From the NCBI GenBank assembly GCA_017550115.1, contig JAFYLR010000005.1, positions 1 through 56,953 of the forward strand: DNA of 56,953 bases, written 5' to 3'. Numbering within the stretch: the first letter of the stretch is position 1; each line of letters opens with the position of its first letter. Below the pieces are notes generated by a model. It was given only the letters and a program-made list of their open reading frames with translations, did no database searches and was not told the DNA's origin. Made by a program: the position numbers and the translations under genes. The stretch comes from Clostridia bacterium (lineage in GTDB: Bacteria > Bacillota > Clostridia > Oscillospirales > CAG-272). Shown piece by piece: positions 11,211-19,282 of the stretch.

Positions 11211-11927
11211 TCATACATTTTTATTTACTATTCTTGTTTCGCTCTCGCCACTTTCGATATCTATATATCTTACGAAAAGCGAGACCTTATTATCTTCATT
11301 AAGATTCGTCCAGATAAGATCTGTCAGAGAATCTATATCAACATCGGGAAGCTCCAGAGTCTTCGGCTCACCCTCAAAGGAAGGAAGCGGGTCTCCGTCG
11401 CAATTATACGTGTGGATAAACTTTGCTCTGCCAGCGAGTGGATTAGTATAAGCATATGTAAATCTCTCGCAGGAGCTGTCATCTCCTTCGGCACTCTTGA
11501 GTATCGACATAGCAAAGTTCATTCCTCCGTTTTCGCGGTGTATGATACCTGAAATACGGGGAGTGAAATTAGGCTTATCGTCCTCAAACTCTCGTGTACG
11601 CAGAGCCTGCTCAAAGGTCATCTGCTTATCCATGAGATCATAGATAGTATCTGTCTGGTCACCGTTTGTGACAATCGTTTTATTACCCAAAACTCTTATG
11701 GGGTAATATATTATAAGATGGGGATCTACCATCTTAGATTCGTCAAAAGCCTTAGTACGCATAGCGTCGCCCTCCGCAACAAAAACACGGTTGCGGCTGT
11801 TTACGCTTCTTCCCATAATGAAATATGCAGTAACAGCTTTCTTTCCGTCTGCACTCTTGCCTATAATAATTCCTCTGCCATGATATGCAAGAGAATTCAG
11901 TTCATTTGCTATAGTAGATACTTTCAT
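11211..11927 (-). CDS. purO: PurO-type (archaeal-like) IMP cyclohydrolase
   Basis: 238 aa. N-terminus AYHGRGIIIGKSADGKKAVTAYFIMGRSVNSRNRVF resembles the PurO-like IMP cyclohydrolase family. It sits directly upstream of the AICARFT-only purH. Confidence 0.7.
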   Translation of the reverse strand: MKVSTIANELNSLAYHGRGIIIGKSADGKKAVTAYFIMGRSVNSRNRVFVAEGDAMRTKAFDESKMVDPHLIIYYPIRVLGNKTIVTNGDQTDTIYDLMDKQMTFEQALRTREFEDDKPNFTPRISGIIHRENGGMNFAMSILKSAEGDDSSCERFTYAYTNPLAGRAKFIHTYNCDGDPLPSFEGEPKTLELPDVDIDSLTDLIWTNLNEDNKVSLFVRYIDIESGESETRIVNKNV

Positions 11928-11932
11928 TTCAG

Positions 11933-12547
11933 TTACCTCTCCTTTATTATATCAGCACACACCTTTTCAAGTGCACGCGGAAGAATGATCCATTCGCAAT
12001 TTTCCATAACGTATTTCTGTAATGTCTCGGGAGTGTCATTTTCCCTTATCTCGACGGCCTTCTGCATAATTATCTCGCCGCCATCGGGAATCTCATTGAC
12101 AAAATGCACCGTAGCCCCCGTAACCTTAACTCCGTATGAAAGTGCAGCCTCGTGGACACAAAGTCCATAAAAGCCCTCTCCACAAAAAGCGGGAATAAGC
12201 GAAGGATGAACGTTTATTATTTTTTTCGGATATTTAGAAGTAAAACGCTCGGAAAGAATGACCATAAATCCCGCAAGAACGATAAAATCTATGTCGTTTT
12301 CGTCGATGAGCTTCATTATCCTATCTTCAAATTCTTCTTTTGAAGCACAATCACTCTTTAGCACCACAGCGGTGTCAATTCCCGCGTTTTTCGCCCTCTC
12401 GAGGGCGTAAGCATCGCTCTTGTTCGAGATTACAAGAGATATCTTGCCGCTTTTTATTATTCCACTCTTCTCAGCATCGATAAGTGCCTGAAGATTTGTG
12501 CCTCCGCCCGAAACGAGCACGGCAACCTTTGCTTTTTCTTTAAGCAT
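11933..12547 (-). CDS. purN: phosphoribosylglycinamide formyltransferase
   Basis: Motifs VLVSGGGTNLQALID, LAGFM and NVHPSLIP. Confidence 0.9.
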   Translation of the reverse strand: MLKEKAKVAVLVSGGGTNLQALIDAEKSGIIKSGKISLVISNKSDAYALERAKNAGIDTAVVLKSDCASKEEFEDRIMKLIDENDIDFIVLAGFMVILSERFTSKYPKKIINVHPSLIPAFCGEGFYGLCVHEAALSYGVKVTGATVHFVNEIPDGGEIIMQKAVEIRENDTPETLQKYVMENCEWIILPRALEKVCADIIKER

Positions 12548-13157
12548 CGCTCTTTCTCCTTCCTATCATGCAAAGAAGAGGTATAAGCATTCCGCCAACT
12601 GCATTTCCGATTATAACAAGCCAAAGATATCCAAAGGCTTGAAGCGAAACGATGTCTGATGCCGCAAAATAAAACATATTTGCGATAGAGTGCTCAAACC
12701 CACTCAGAATAAACACAGGAACGCAGAAGAAAATACCGCTTATACTCTTATTTTCTCTATATATGGCTACTGCAAGATACATAAGTATGCCACAAAAAAC
12801 AGCTCTTATGAAGGTCTGTGGAATTTCCTGCGTAAGCTTCGATTCACATATGGCTGTTGCAACCTCAGATATTCCTGAAATTGCATATTTTGCAGCAAAA
12901 CCGCCACCGATAGTTCCTATGGCATTACCGAAAAGGCCAAGCAAAAGTACCGAAAAAGCATCTTTTGTGTGATTTTCGGGAATAAATCCAACCTTTCCCG
13001 TAAACAGAGAATATCCTCTCATACAAATGCAAAGAAGTGCTACCGAAAACATAACAGCTCCAACCGTTTTACTCTCGGAATAACACGAAAGAAAGACACA
13101 ACCGCCTATGGTGATCATTATTCCTGCCAAAATTCCATCGACCGTCTTTTTCAGCAT
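12540..13157 (-). CDS. short formate/nitrite transporter (FNT) family channel protein
   Basis: 205 aa, polytopic. FNT signatures: LFTG, GFEHSIANMFYF and two GNxxGG motifs. It overlaps the purM stop by 7 nt and the purN start by 8 nt. Confidence 0.75.
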   Translation of the reverse strand: MLKKTVDGILAGIMITIGGCVFLSCYSESKTVGAVMFSVALLCICMRGYSLFTGKVGFIPENHTKDAFSVLLLGLFGNAIGTIGGGFAAKYAISGISEVATAICESKLTQEIPQTFIRAVFCGILMYLAVAIYRENKSISGIFFCVPVFILSGFEHSIANMFYFAASDIVSLQAFGYLWLVIIGNAVGGMLIPLLCMIGRRKSDA

Positions 13158-14200
13158 ATCGTTATTTTATCGTCACTCTTGACGATCTCTCCTATAACAT
13201 AAGGATCTTCGCCCACATCGCGAAGTACAGAAATCGCCGTATCAAGCTCATCCTTAGAAACTACGATACTCATACCAACACCCATATTGAAGGTGTTGAA
13301 CATATCTCTCTCGCTGATGTCACCCGTTTTTGCGATAAGCTCGAAAATAGGAAGAACCTTTACTGCGGCGCGGTCTATCTTTGCACCAAGTCCGTCGGGA
13401 ATACTTCTCGGAATATTCTCATAGAAGCCACCGCCCGTGATATGCGAGATGCCCTTAACGTTCACCTGTTCAAGAAGTGCAAGAACACTCTTAACATAAA
13501 TACGAGTAGGAGTGAGAAGCGTTTCAGCTATACTCTTCCCACCCAAGTCCTCACAAGGAACATAAAGCGAATCGGGATTTTTATCTATATTAAAAACCTT
13601 ACGAACAAGCGAAAATCCGTTTGAATGAATTCCACTTGAGGGCAGAGCTATAACAACGTCTCCCGCCGCCATTTTAGTGTTATCAAGAATCTTCTTTTTA
13701 TCTACGATTCCAACAGCAAATCCTGCCAAGTCATATTCCTCTGTGGGCATCATACCTGGATGCTCCGCCGTCTCGCCACCGATAAGTGCCGCGCCCGACT
13801 GAACACAGCCCTCAGCAACACCGCCGACTATCTCTGCTATCTTTTCAGGAATATTTTTTCCGCAAGCGATATAGTCAAGGAAAAAGAGAGGTCTTGCACC
13901 GCAGCATATGATATCGTTTACACACATTGCAACCGCATCTATTCCTATAGTGTCATGCTTATCCATAAGAATAGCCATCTTGACCTTAGTTCCGCATCCG
14001 TCAGTACCCGAAACAAGGACCGGCTCCTCTATGCCCGCCATAGGAAGTCCGAAGCAACCGCCGAAGCCTCCAACGTCATCAAGACAACCTTCGTTCTTTG
14101 TACGTGATATATGCTTTTTCATAAGCTCAACAGCCTTATATCCGGCGGTTATATCAACGCCTGCCGCTGCATAGCTTTCAGAAAACGACTTTGTATCCAT
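13151..14200 (-). CDS. purM: phosphoribosylformylglycinamidine cyclo-ligase (AIR synthetase)
   Basis: Motifs YAAAGVDI and DGCGTK. AIRS N and C domains, 349 aa. Confidence 0.95.
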   Translation of the reverse strand: MDTKSFSESYAAAGVDITAGYKAVELMKKHISRTKNEGCLDDVGGFGGCFGLPMAGIEEPVLVSGTDGCGTKVKMAILMDKHDTIGIDAVAMCVNDIICCGARPLFFLDYIACGKNIPEKIAEIVGGVAEGCVQSGAALIGGETAEHPGMMPTEEYDLAGFAVGIVDKKKILDNTKMAAGDVVIALPSSGIHSNGFSLVRKVFNIDKNPDSLYVPCEDLGGKSIAETLLTPTRIYVKSVLALLEQVNVKGISHITGGGFYENIPRSIPDGLGAKIDRAAVKVLPIFELIAKTGDISERDMFNTFNMGVGMSIVVSKDELDTAISVLRDVGEDPYVIGEIVKSDDKITIC

Positions 14201-14234
14201 AATATTCTCCTCAGTTAATCTTTATCGTAATACT

Positions 14235-15662
14235 TTATTCCTTACCGTCCCAGCAGTAAGTGCAGAGTTTGCATCGGTCAACACCGATAGCCTTTATAAC
14301 ACCATCAAGCGATTGGAAATCAAGCGAGTCAAAATTCAGCTTTTTGCATATTGCCGCGCGAAGCTTCTTTCCTCTCTCTGTCGAGCCGTCGCTGTATTCT
14401 TCAAGGTGAGAAAGTCCCTCCTCGCCCTCAAGCTCGTCTATCGTCTTTCTTGCGATAAGCTCCATGTCACCCGTAGCTCTTGAAAAATTCAAATATTTGC
14501 AACTGAACATAATAGGAGGACAAGCGGAACGCATATGTACACTGTTAGCTCCGTTTTCGTAAAGAAAATCTACGGTTTCCTTAAGTTGCGTTCCTCTGAC
14601 AATAGAGTCATCTACAAAAAGAAGATTTTTATCTTGTATAAGATCATGCACCGGCACCATCTTCATTTTTGCAACCTTATTTCTCTCCTTTTGGTTTGTC
14701 GGCGTAAAGCTTCTGGGCCAAGTAGGCGTATATTTTATGAAAGGTCTTGCAAAGGCAACTCCGCTTTCATTTGAATACCCTATTGCATGAGGCGTTCCCG
14801 AATCAGGAATACCGCAAACACAGTCAAGGTCAGAGGGGAAAGTTCCGTTCTTCTTATCGTTCTCCGCCATTATGCGTCCGTTTCTGTAACGCATAGTTTC
14901 AACGTTCGAACCCTCGTAGGTCGAGGTCGGATAACCGTAATAAGACCAAAGGAAAGCACACATCTTCATTTTATCGCCGGGAGCAGCAAGCTGTGTTATT
15001 GAGTCAGCGGTTATTTTAACTATCTCGCCCGGGCCAAGCTCTCTCTCGTCTTCAAATCCGAGCTTTTTATAAGCAAACGACTCGAAGGTAACACAATATC
15101 CGTCCTCGTTTTTTCCAATGAGAACAGGTGTTCTTCCAAGCTTGTCTCTTGCGGCGATGATCGAACCGCCGTCGCAAAGTATCAATAACGATGCCGAACC
15201 ATCAATGCTATCCTGAGCATATTTTATGCCCTCTGCAAAGCTATCTTTTTGATTTATAAGAGTTGCAACAAGCTCCGTGCAGTTTACGTTTCCGCCCGTC
15301 ATCGCATCAAAATGCACACCTGCGTCTGAAAGACACCTATCTATAAGCTCTGATGCGTTGTTTACCGCGCCTATAACGCATATAGCATACGTACCGAGCT
15401 TTGAACGTATGAGCAAAGGCTGCGGATCGTAATCACTTATGCACCCTATTGCACTGTTGCCGCTCATTTCGTCAAAAATGTTTTCAAACTTTGTTCTGAA
15501 CGGTGAGTTTTGTATATTGTGGATGCTTCTCTGGAGTCCTATCTCACTGTTATATGCCGCAAGGCCTGCTCTTCTCGTTCCGAGATGCGAATGATAGTCA
15601 ACTCCAAAGAAAACGTCTGTCATTGCGTCGTGTTTAAGCGCCGCACCAAAAAATCCACCCAT
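14235..15662 (-). CDS. purF: amidophosphoribosyltransferase homologue with an intact PRTase domain but no N-terminal nucleophile cysteine
   Basis: PRPP motif LLFVDDSIVRGTQ. C-terminal Cys cluster CKLCTYCWDG. The N-terminus is MGGFFGA where canonical PurF has MCGIVGI. It occupies the purF slot of the operon. Confidence 0.8.
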   Translation of the reverse strand: MGGFFGAALKHDAMTDVFFGVDYHSHLGTRRAGLAAYNSEIGLQRSIHNIQNSPFRTKFENIFDEMSGNSAIGCISDYDPQPLLIRSKLGTYAICVIGAVNNASELIDRCLSDAGVHFDAMTGGNVNCTELVATLINQKDSFAEGIKYAQDSIDGSASLLILCDGGSIIAARDKLGRTPVLIGKNEDGYCVTFESFAYKKLGFEDERELGPGEIVKITADSITQLAAPGDKMKMCAFLWSYYGYPTSTYEGSNVETMRYRNGRIMAENDKKNGTFPSDLDCVCGIPDSGTPHAIGYSNESGVAFARPFIKYTPTWPRSFTPTNQKERNKVAKMKMVPVHDLIQDKNLLFVDDSIVRGTQLKETVDFLYENGANSVHMRSACPPIMFSCKYLNFSRATGDMELIARKTIDELEGEEGLSHLEEYSDGSTERGKKLRAAICKKLNFDSLDFQSLDGVIKAIGVDRCKLCTYCWDGKE

Positions 15663-15683
15663 CTTTTATCTTCCTTTTATGTT

Positions 15684-16364
15684 TTAAGCAAAGAAAAGCT
15701 CGGAGAGAGTCATAGGATCGATATATTCACCATTCTTGTAAACTCTCATATTTCCCGATGCGATCTCGTCGATAAGCATTACCTTACCGTCCTTGTCGTA
15801 ACCGAACTCGAACTTGATATCGTAAAGTACAAGTCCTTTTTCCTTAAGATCGTCAGCCACGATCTGTGTGATCTTCTGTGTCATAGCCTTAACGTCGTCA
15901 TACTGCTCGGCAGTCATAACTCCAAGATCTACAAGACCGTCCTTAGTTACGAGCGGATCGCCCTTTTCATCGTTTTTGAAAGTAGTCTCAACGTATGCGG
16001 GAAGATCTGCACCCTCTTCAATATAGTCACTATAGCGGCGGTAGAAAGAACCGACAGCCTTATGACGACAAATAACCTCGAGTCCCTTTCCGAAAGGCTT
16101 TGCAGGAAGCACTTCCATCGTTGTGTTAGCGAGATCCGCACTTATATAGTGAGTCTTGATTCCTGCGGCATTCACTTTTTCAAAGAAATATATAGACATA
16201 CGGAGATTAACGTCTCCAACACCGTCAATAGTAAGTCCTACCGAGTTTTCGCCCGGATCAAAAACACCGTCTTTACCTGTGCAATCGTCCTTGAACTTGA
16301 GAAGATAATTTCCGTTATCGAGTGCGAAAACGTCCTTTGTTTTTCCTGTGTAAACGAGTTTCAT
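15684..16364 (-). CDS. purC: SAICAR synthetase
   Basis: Starts [13 protein letters not shown]. 226 aa, SAICAR_synt-like. Confidence 0.9.
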   Translation of the reverse strand: MKLVYTGKTKDVFALDNGNYLLKFKDDCTGKDGVFDPGENSVGLTIDGVGDVNLRMSIYFFEKVNAAGIKTHYISADLANTTMEVLPAKPFGKGLEVICRHKAVGSFYRRYSDYIEEGADLPAYVETTFKNDEKGDPLVTKDGLVDLGVMTAEQYDDVKAMTQKITQIVADDLKEKGLVLYDIKFEFGYDKDGKVMLIDEIASGNMRVYKNGEYIDPMTLSELFFA

Positions 16365-16399
16365 GTTTTTTGTTCTCCTTGTATATTTTTTAAATTTTA

Positions 16400-16894
16400 T
16401 TACTTATTAAATTCTGCGGCAACTGCGGCGTCTTTTTCGAGCACCTTCTTCGCGTCAGCCGCTCTCTTTGCTTCAAGCTTTGCCGCAAGCTCATCGTCGC
16501 CAAGTGCAAGAATCTCCGCAGCAAGCAAAGCGGCATTGACTCCTCCGTCTATGGCAACGGTAGCTACAGGTATGCCGGAGGGCATCATTACCGTTGACAG
16601 CAGAGCATCAATGCCGTCAAGATTATTTGATTTGCAAGGTATGCCTATAACAGGCAGAGTGGTATTAGCCGCAACAGCACCCGCAAGATGTGCAGCCATT
16701 CCGGCAGCAGCTATAATTACCCCAAAGCCATTCTTTTTTGCGTTTCTTGTAAACTCCGCAGCTTCTATCGGAGTTCTGTGAGCAGAATACACGTGCACCT
16801 CAAAAGGTATCCCAAGCGCAGAAAGGGTATCCGTACTTTTACGGATGATCGGAAGATCACTGTCGCTTCCCATAATTATCCCAACTTTTTTCAT
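16400..16894 (-). CDS. purE: N5-carboxyaminoimidazole ribonucleotide mutase (class I-like PurE)
   Basis: Motifs GSDSDLP, SAHRTP and [10 protein letters not shown], which are class I-type. GGAGG sits 6 nt upstream of the ATG. Confidence 0.9.
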   Translation of the reverse strand: MKKVGIIMGSDSDLPIIRKSTDTLSALGIPFEVHVYSAHRTPIEAAEFTRNAKKNGFGVIIAAAGMAAHLAGAVAANTTLPVIGIPCKSNNLDGIDALLSTVMMPSGIPVATVAIDGGVNAALLAAEILALGDDELAAKLEAKRAADAKKVLEKDAAVAAEFNK

Positions 16895-16905
16895 AATAAA
16901 CCTCC

Positions 16906-17032
16906 AAAAAAATCAAAAAGGGTGCACTTATTCCGTTGCATAGGAATCAAGTGCGCCCAGACGGTCGGCTATTATAGATTTCTGTTCCACTGTGGTTTAT
17001 AGCCACAATTATCCGTCAGTCGCAGAAACCTG
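16906..17032 (-). promoter_or_regulatory. ZTP (pfl-motif) riboswitch plus overlapping intrinsic terminator in the pur operon leader
   Basis: Minus strand reads TTCTG-CGACTGACGG-ataatt-GTGG-ctataaa-CCAC-AGTGGAA-CAGAA ... CCGACCGTCTGGGCGC. Then the hairpin GGGCGCACTTGATTCC/GGAATAAGTGCACCC followed by TTTTTGATTTTTTT. Confidence 0.75.
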
Positions 17033-17047
17033 TTTTTAACTATATTA

Positions 17048-17076
17048 ATGATACCACAATCGCCGTCTTTTGTCAA
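17048..17076 (-). promoter_or_regulatory. promoter of the pur operon: TTGACA-N17-TATCAT with extended -10 TG
   Basis: On the minus strand: TTGACA (17076-17071), a 17-nt spacer ending in TGG, and TATCAT (17053-17048). Confidence 0.6.
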
Positions 17077-17196
17077 GCACAATGTTGAATTTTGACGACT
17101 TTTAGATACTTGCACAGTGCATAGTCGTTTTTATAAGATTTTATCGTCAAAAAATGCAAATGCCCGCCAATCGTTTCCTTATCAAAAGTGTCACGA

Positions 17197-17236
17197 CAAA
17201 AAATGAAAAGGGGCGACGGTACGCCCCTTTTCATCT
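17197..17236 (-). terminator. intrinsic terminator after the small membrane-protein gene
   Basis: GAAAAGGGGCG-taccgt-CGCCCCTTTTC followed by ATTTTTTG on the minus strand. Confidence 0.75.
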
Positions 17237-17245
17237 GTTCAAAAA

Positions 17246-17482
17246 TCACTTAATTACGTTAAAGAAATCAAGGAATGCGATAACGATTCCGGCGATTACG
17301 TATATCTCAACAAGTGCTCCGACAATACCCGTAACAAGACCTACAACCGGTATTTTGCCAAGAATTCCAAGGAGGAATCCTACAACCGCTCCTACAACAA
17401 CGTAAATAATAATAGAAATAACAAGCTTCGCTACGTCTTTAATACCAAAAGACAGCGGAAAAAGAGATTTAAGAGAATTCAT
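17246..17482 (-). CDS. small hydrophobic membrane protein (78 aa), Gly/Val/Ile-rich
   Basis: ORF with GGAGG 8 nt upstream of the ATG and its own terminator. Two predicted TM segments (VISIIIYVVVGAVVGFLLGILG and VGLVTGIVGALVEIYVIAGIVIAF). No family recognised. Confidence 0.5.
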   Translation of the reverse strand: MNSLKSLFPLSFGIKDVAKLVISIIIYVVVGAVVGFLLGILGKIPVVGLVTGIVGALVEIYVIAGIVIAFLDFFNVIK

Positions 17483-17613
17483 TTGCTCTACCTCCGAAAT
17501 ATATTAATATACTTACATATTACATCATAATAACGGCAAAATCAAGTCTTTCTACACATTTTTTGCAAAAAAATTCAAATCACGGCAAATTTCGAGCCAA
17601 ATATACAAGGTCA

Positions 17614-17642
17614 TTGACTTTTCCACAAAATAATGGTAAAAT
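17614..17642 (+). promoter_or_regulatory. promoter TTGACT-N17-TAAAAT with extended -10 TG
   Basis: TTGACT at 17614-17619, a 17-nt spacer ending in TGG, and TAAAAT at 17637-17642. Confidence 0.6.
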
Positions 17643-17674
17643 TTTATCAGTAAAGAAAAATGAGGTCAAAACAA

Positions 17675-18517
17675 ATGAAAGAAATCAAAAACTGCCGTTT
17701 TGATAGAGAACGAGCCTTATATGCTTCAGATTCTTTAACCGTGCAAAACTGCACATTTGCGGGAGAAGCTGACGGCGAATCGGCCCTTAAAGAAAGTAAA
17801 AATATAACTGTCGAAAAATGTCATTTTGAGTTGCGTTACCCATTTTGGCATGACGACACTCTCGTCGTGCGTGACTCAGAGATGACCTCAAGCTGCCGTG
17901 CCCCCGTTTGGTACACTAAAAATGCAATCTTTGAGACCTGCAATATAGAAAGCGTTAAGGCGTTCCGTGAATGTGACAGCTTGAAAATAAAAAACTGCAA
18001 AATAAACGGCCCCGAGCACTTTTGGAATTGTAAAAACGTTCATATTGAGAAAAGTGAGCTTGGCTCCGAATATTTTCTTATGGGATCGTCCGATATTAAT
18101 ATAAATAATATTAAATTCAGCGGAAAATATTCCTTTCAATACGTAAAAAACGCAACTATTCGAGATTCTATTCTCAACACCAAGGACGCATTTTGGCATA
18201 CAGAAAACGTAACGGTTTATGACAGCGTCATTTCAGGCGAATATGCTGCTTGGTATTCTAAAAATCTTCGTCTTATACGTTGCAAGATCATCGGCACTCA
18301 ACCCTTTTGCTATGCGGAGAATCTTTATCTTGAGGATTGCATACTCGAAGGCTGCGATCTTGCTTTTGAGAACTCGAGCGTAAACGCCACAGTAAATAGT
18401 GTCATCGACAGCATAAAAAACCCTCATCACGGAAAGATCATCGCAAAAGGATACGGTGAAATAATCTTAGACGAAAATATAAGAGAAGACGCCGATTGCG
18501 AAATACTTATAAGCTAA
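17675..18517 (+). CDS. DUF3737-family protein (beta-helix-like repeats)
   Basis: N-terminus FDRERALYASDSLTVQNCTFAGEADGESALKESKNITVEKCHFELRYPFWH matches my memory of DUF3737. Start moved to the ATG at 17675, preceded by GAGG. Confidence 0.65.
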   Translation: MKEIKNCRFDRERALYASDSLTVQNCTFAGEADGESALKESKNITVEKCHFELRYPFWHDDTLVVRDSEMTSSCRAPVWYTKNAIFETCNIESVKAFRECDSLKIKNCKINGPEHFWNCKNVHIEKSELGSEYFLMGSSDININNIKFSGKYSFQYVKNATIRDSILNTKDAFWHTENVTVYDSVISGEYAAWYSKNLRLIRCKIIGTQPFCYAENLYLEDCILEGCDLAFENSSVNATVNSVIDSIKNPHHGKIIAKGYGEIILDENIREDADCEILIS

Positions 18518-18536
18518 CAAACATCTATTCACAATG

Positions 18537-18580
18537 AAAAAGCTCCCAAAGGCATAAAACCTTTTGGGAGCTTTATTTTA
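18537..18580. terminator. bidirectional terminator
   Basis: AAAAGCTCCCAAAGG-cataaaa-CCTTTTGGGAGCTTTATTTTA. Confidence 0.7.
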
Positions 18581-18594
18581 TTTATGTGTAAATA

Positions 18595-19254
18595 TTATCT
18601 TGCAAAAACCTTTTTACCTGCGTATGCAGCACCCACAATAGCGAGTATGAAAACCGCAACAAAAGCAAACATAGGAACGCTTGTTTCAGGAGATGTTGTT
18701 GCGGGCATATAGATGATACCGTAATAACCAACATCTGTTGCAGAATCGTCGGAAGGAACTGTCAAAGGAAGCACTGTAAAGGTGATCTCAGAACCATTTA
18801 TAGTGCTATCAACTATGGTGTAAGTGCCTTTTACTGCATCATAGTAGAACACCTCGGGATTGTTCTTTTCGGCAATACCGGGAACAGAAATTGTGATTGC
18901 AACATCCTTGAGTGTACCATCTACGCCAAGAACTTTTTCCGCATAATTCGTAAGAGCAATATCAAAAGAACCGTAAGTTCTGAAATCTTTATATTTTTCG
19001 CCGAAAACACTTTCAAAACTATCTGTTGCTGGAACGTAGTCCGCATAGGCATCGTGATGAGTCAGTTCGATCAAAGCTCTGTTAAAATCAATATTTTCAA
19101 CTGCGTTGTTTTCACCGTCAAGAATAGAAGCATTATCCCAATCTGTATCAACAATGGTGATTTTGTCAGCAGGACTATTGTTAGCCGATATAGAAATCGA
19201 AAATGCAGAAACAACAAGTGCCGCAAGAACTAATACAGATAAAATTTTTTTCAT
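18595..19254 (-). CDS. secreted protein with a C-terminal cell-wall-sorting-like signal (putative sortase B substrate)
   Basis: Signal peptide MKKILSVLVLAALVVSAFS. C-terminus is ...MPATTSPETS + VPMFAFVAVFILAIVGAAYAG + KKVFAR. It is directly downstream of the sortase gene. Confidence 0.55.
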   Translation of the reverse strand: MKKILSVLVLAALVVSAFSISISANNSPADKITIVDTDWDNASILDGENNAVENIDFNRALIELTHHDAYADYVPATDSFESVFGEKYKDFRTYGSFDIALTNYAEKVLGVDGTLKDVAITISVPGIAEKNNPEVFYYDAVKGTYTIVDSTINGSEITFTVLPLTVPSDDSATDVGYYGIIYMPATTSPETSVPMFAFVAVFILAIVGAAYAGKKVFAR

Positions 19255-19282
19255 AATTTTTTCTCCTTTTCAGAAACAAGTG

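Noticed and set aside
15510-16781. 423-aa ORF on the + strand spanning purF, purC and purE
   Set aside because: It is antisense to three well-supported genes and crosses their intergenic gaps. Its C-terminal part is an Ala/Ser-rich mirror of the Ala-rich purE. Not credible as a gene.
16906-17032. Expected guanine/adenine (purine) riboswitch in the pur leader
   Set aside because: A UAUAAU segment is present. However, the flanking sequence lacks the purine-aptamer three-way junction and loop-loop motifs. The region fits the ZTP/pfl architecture instead.
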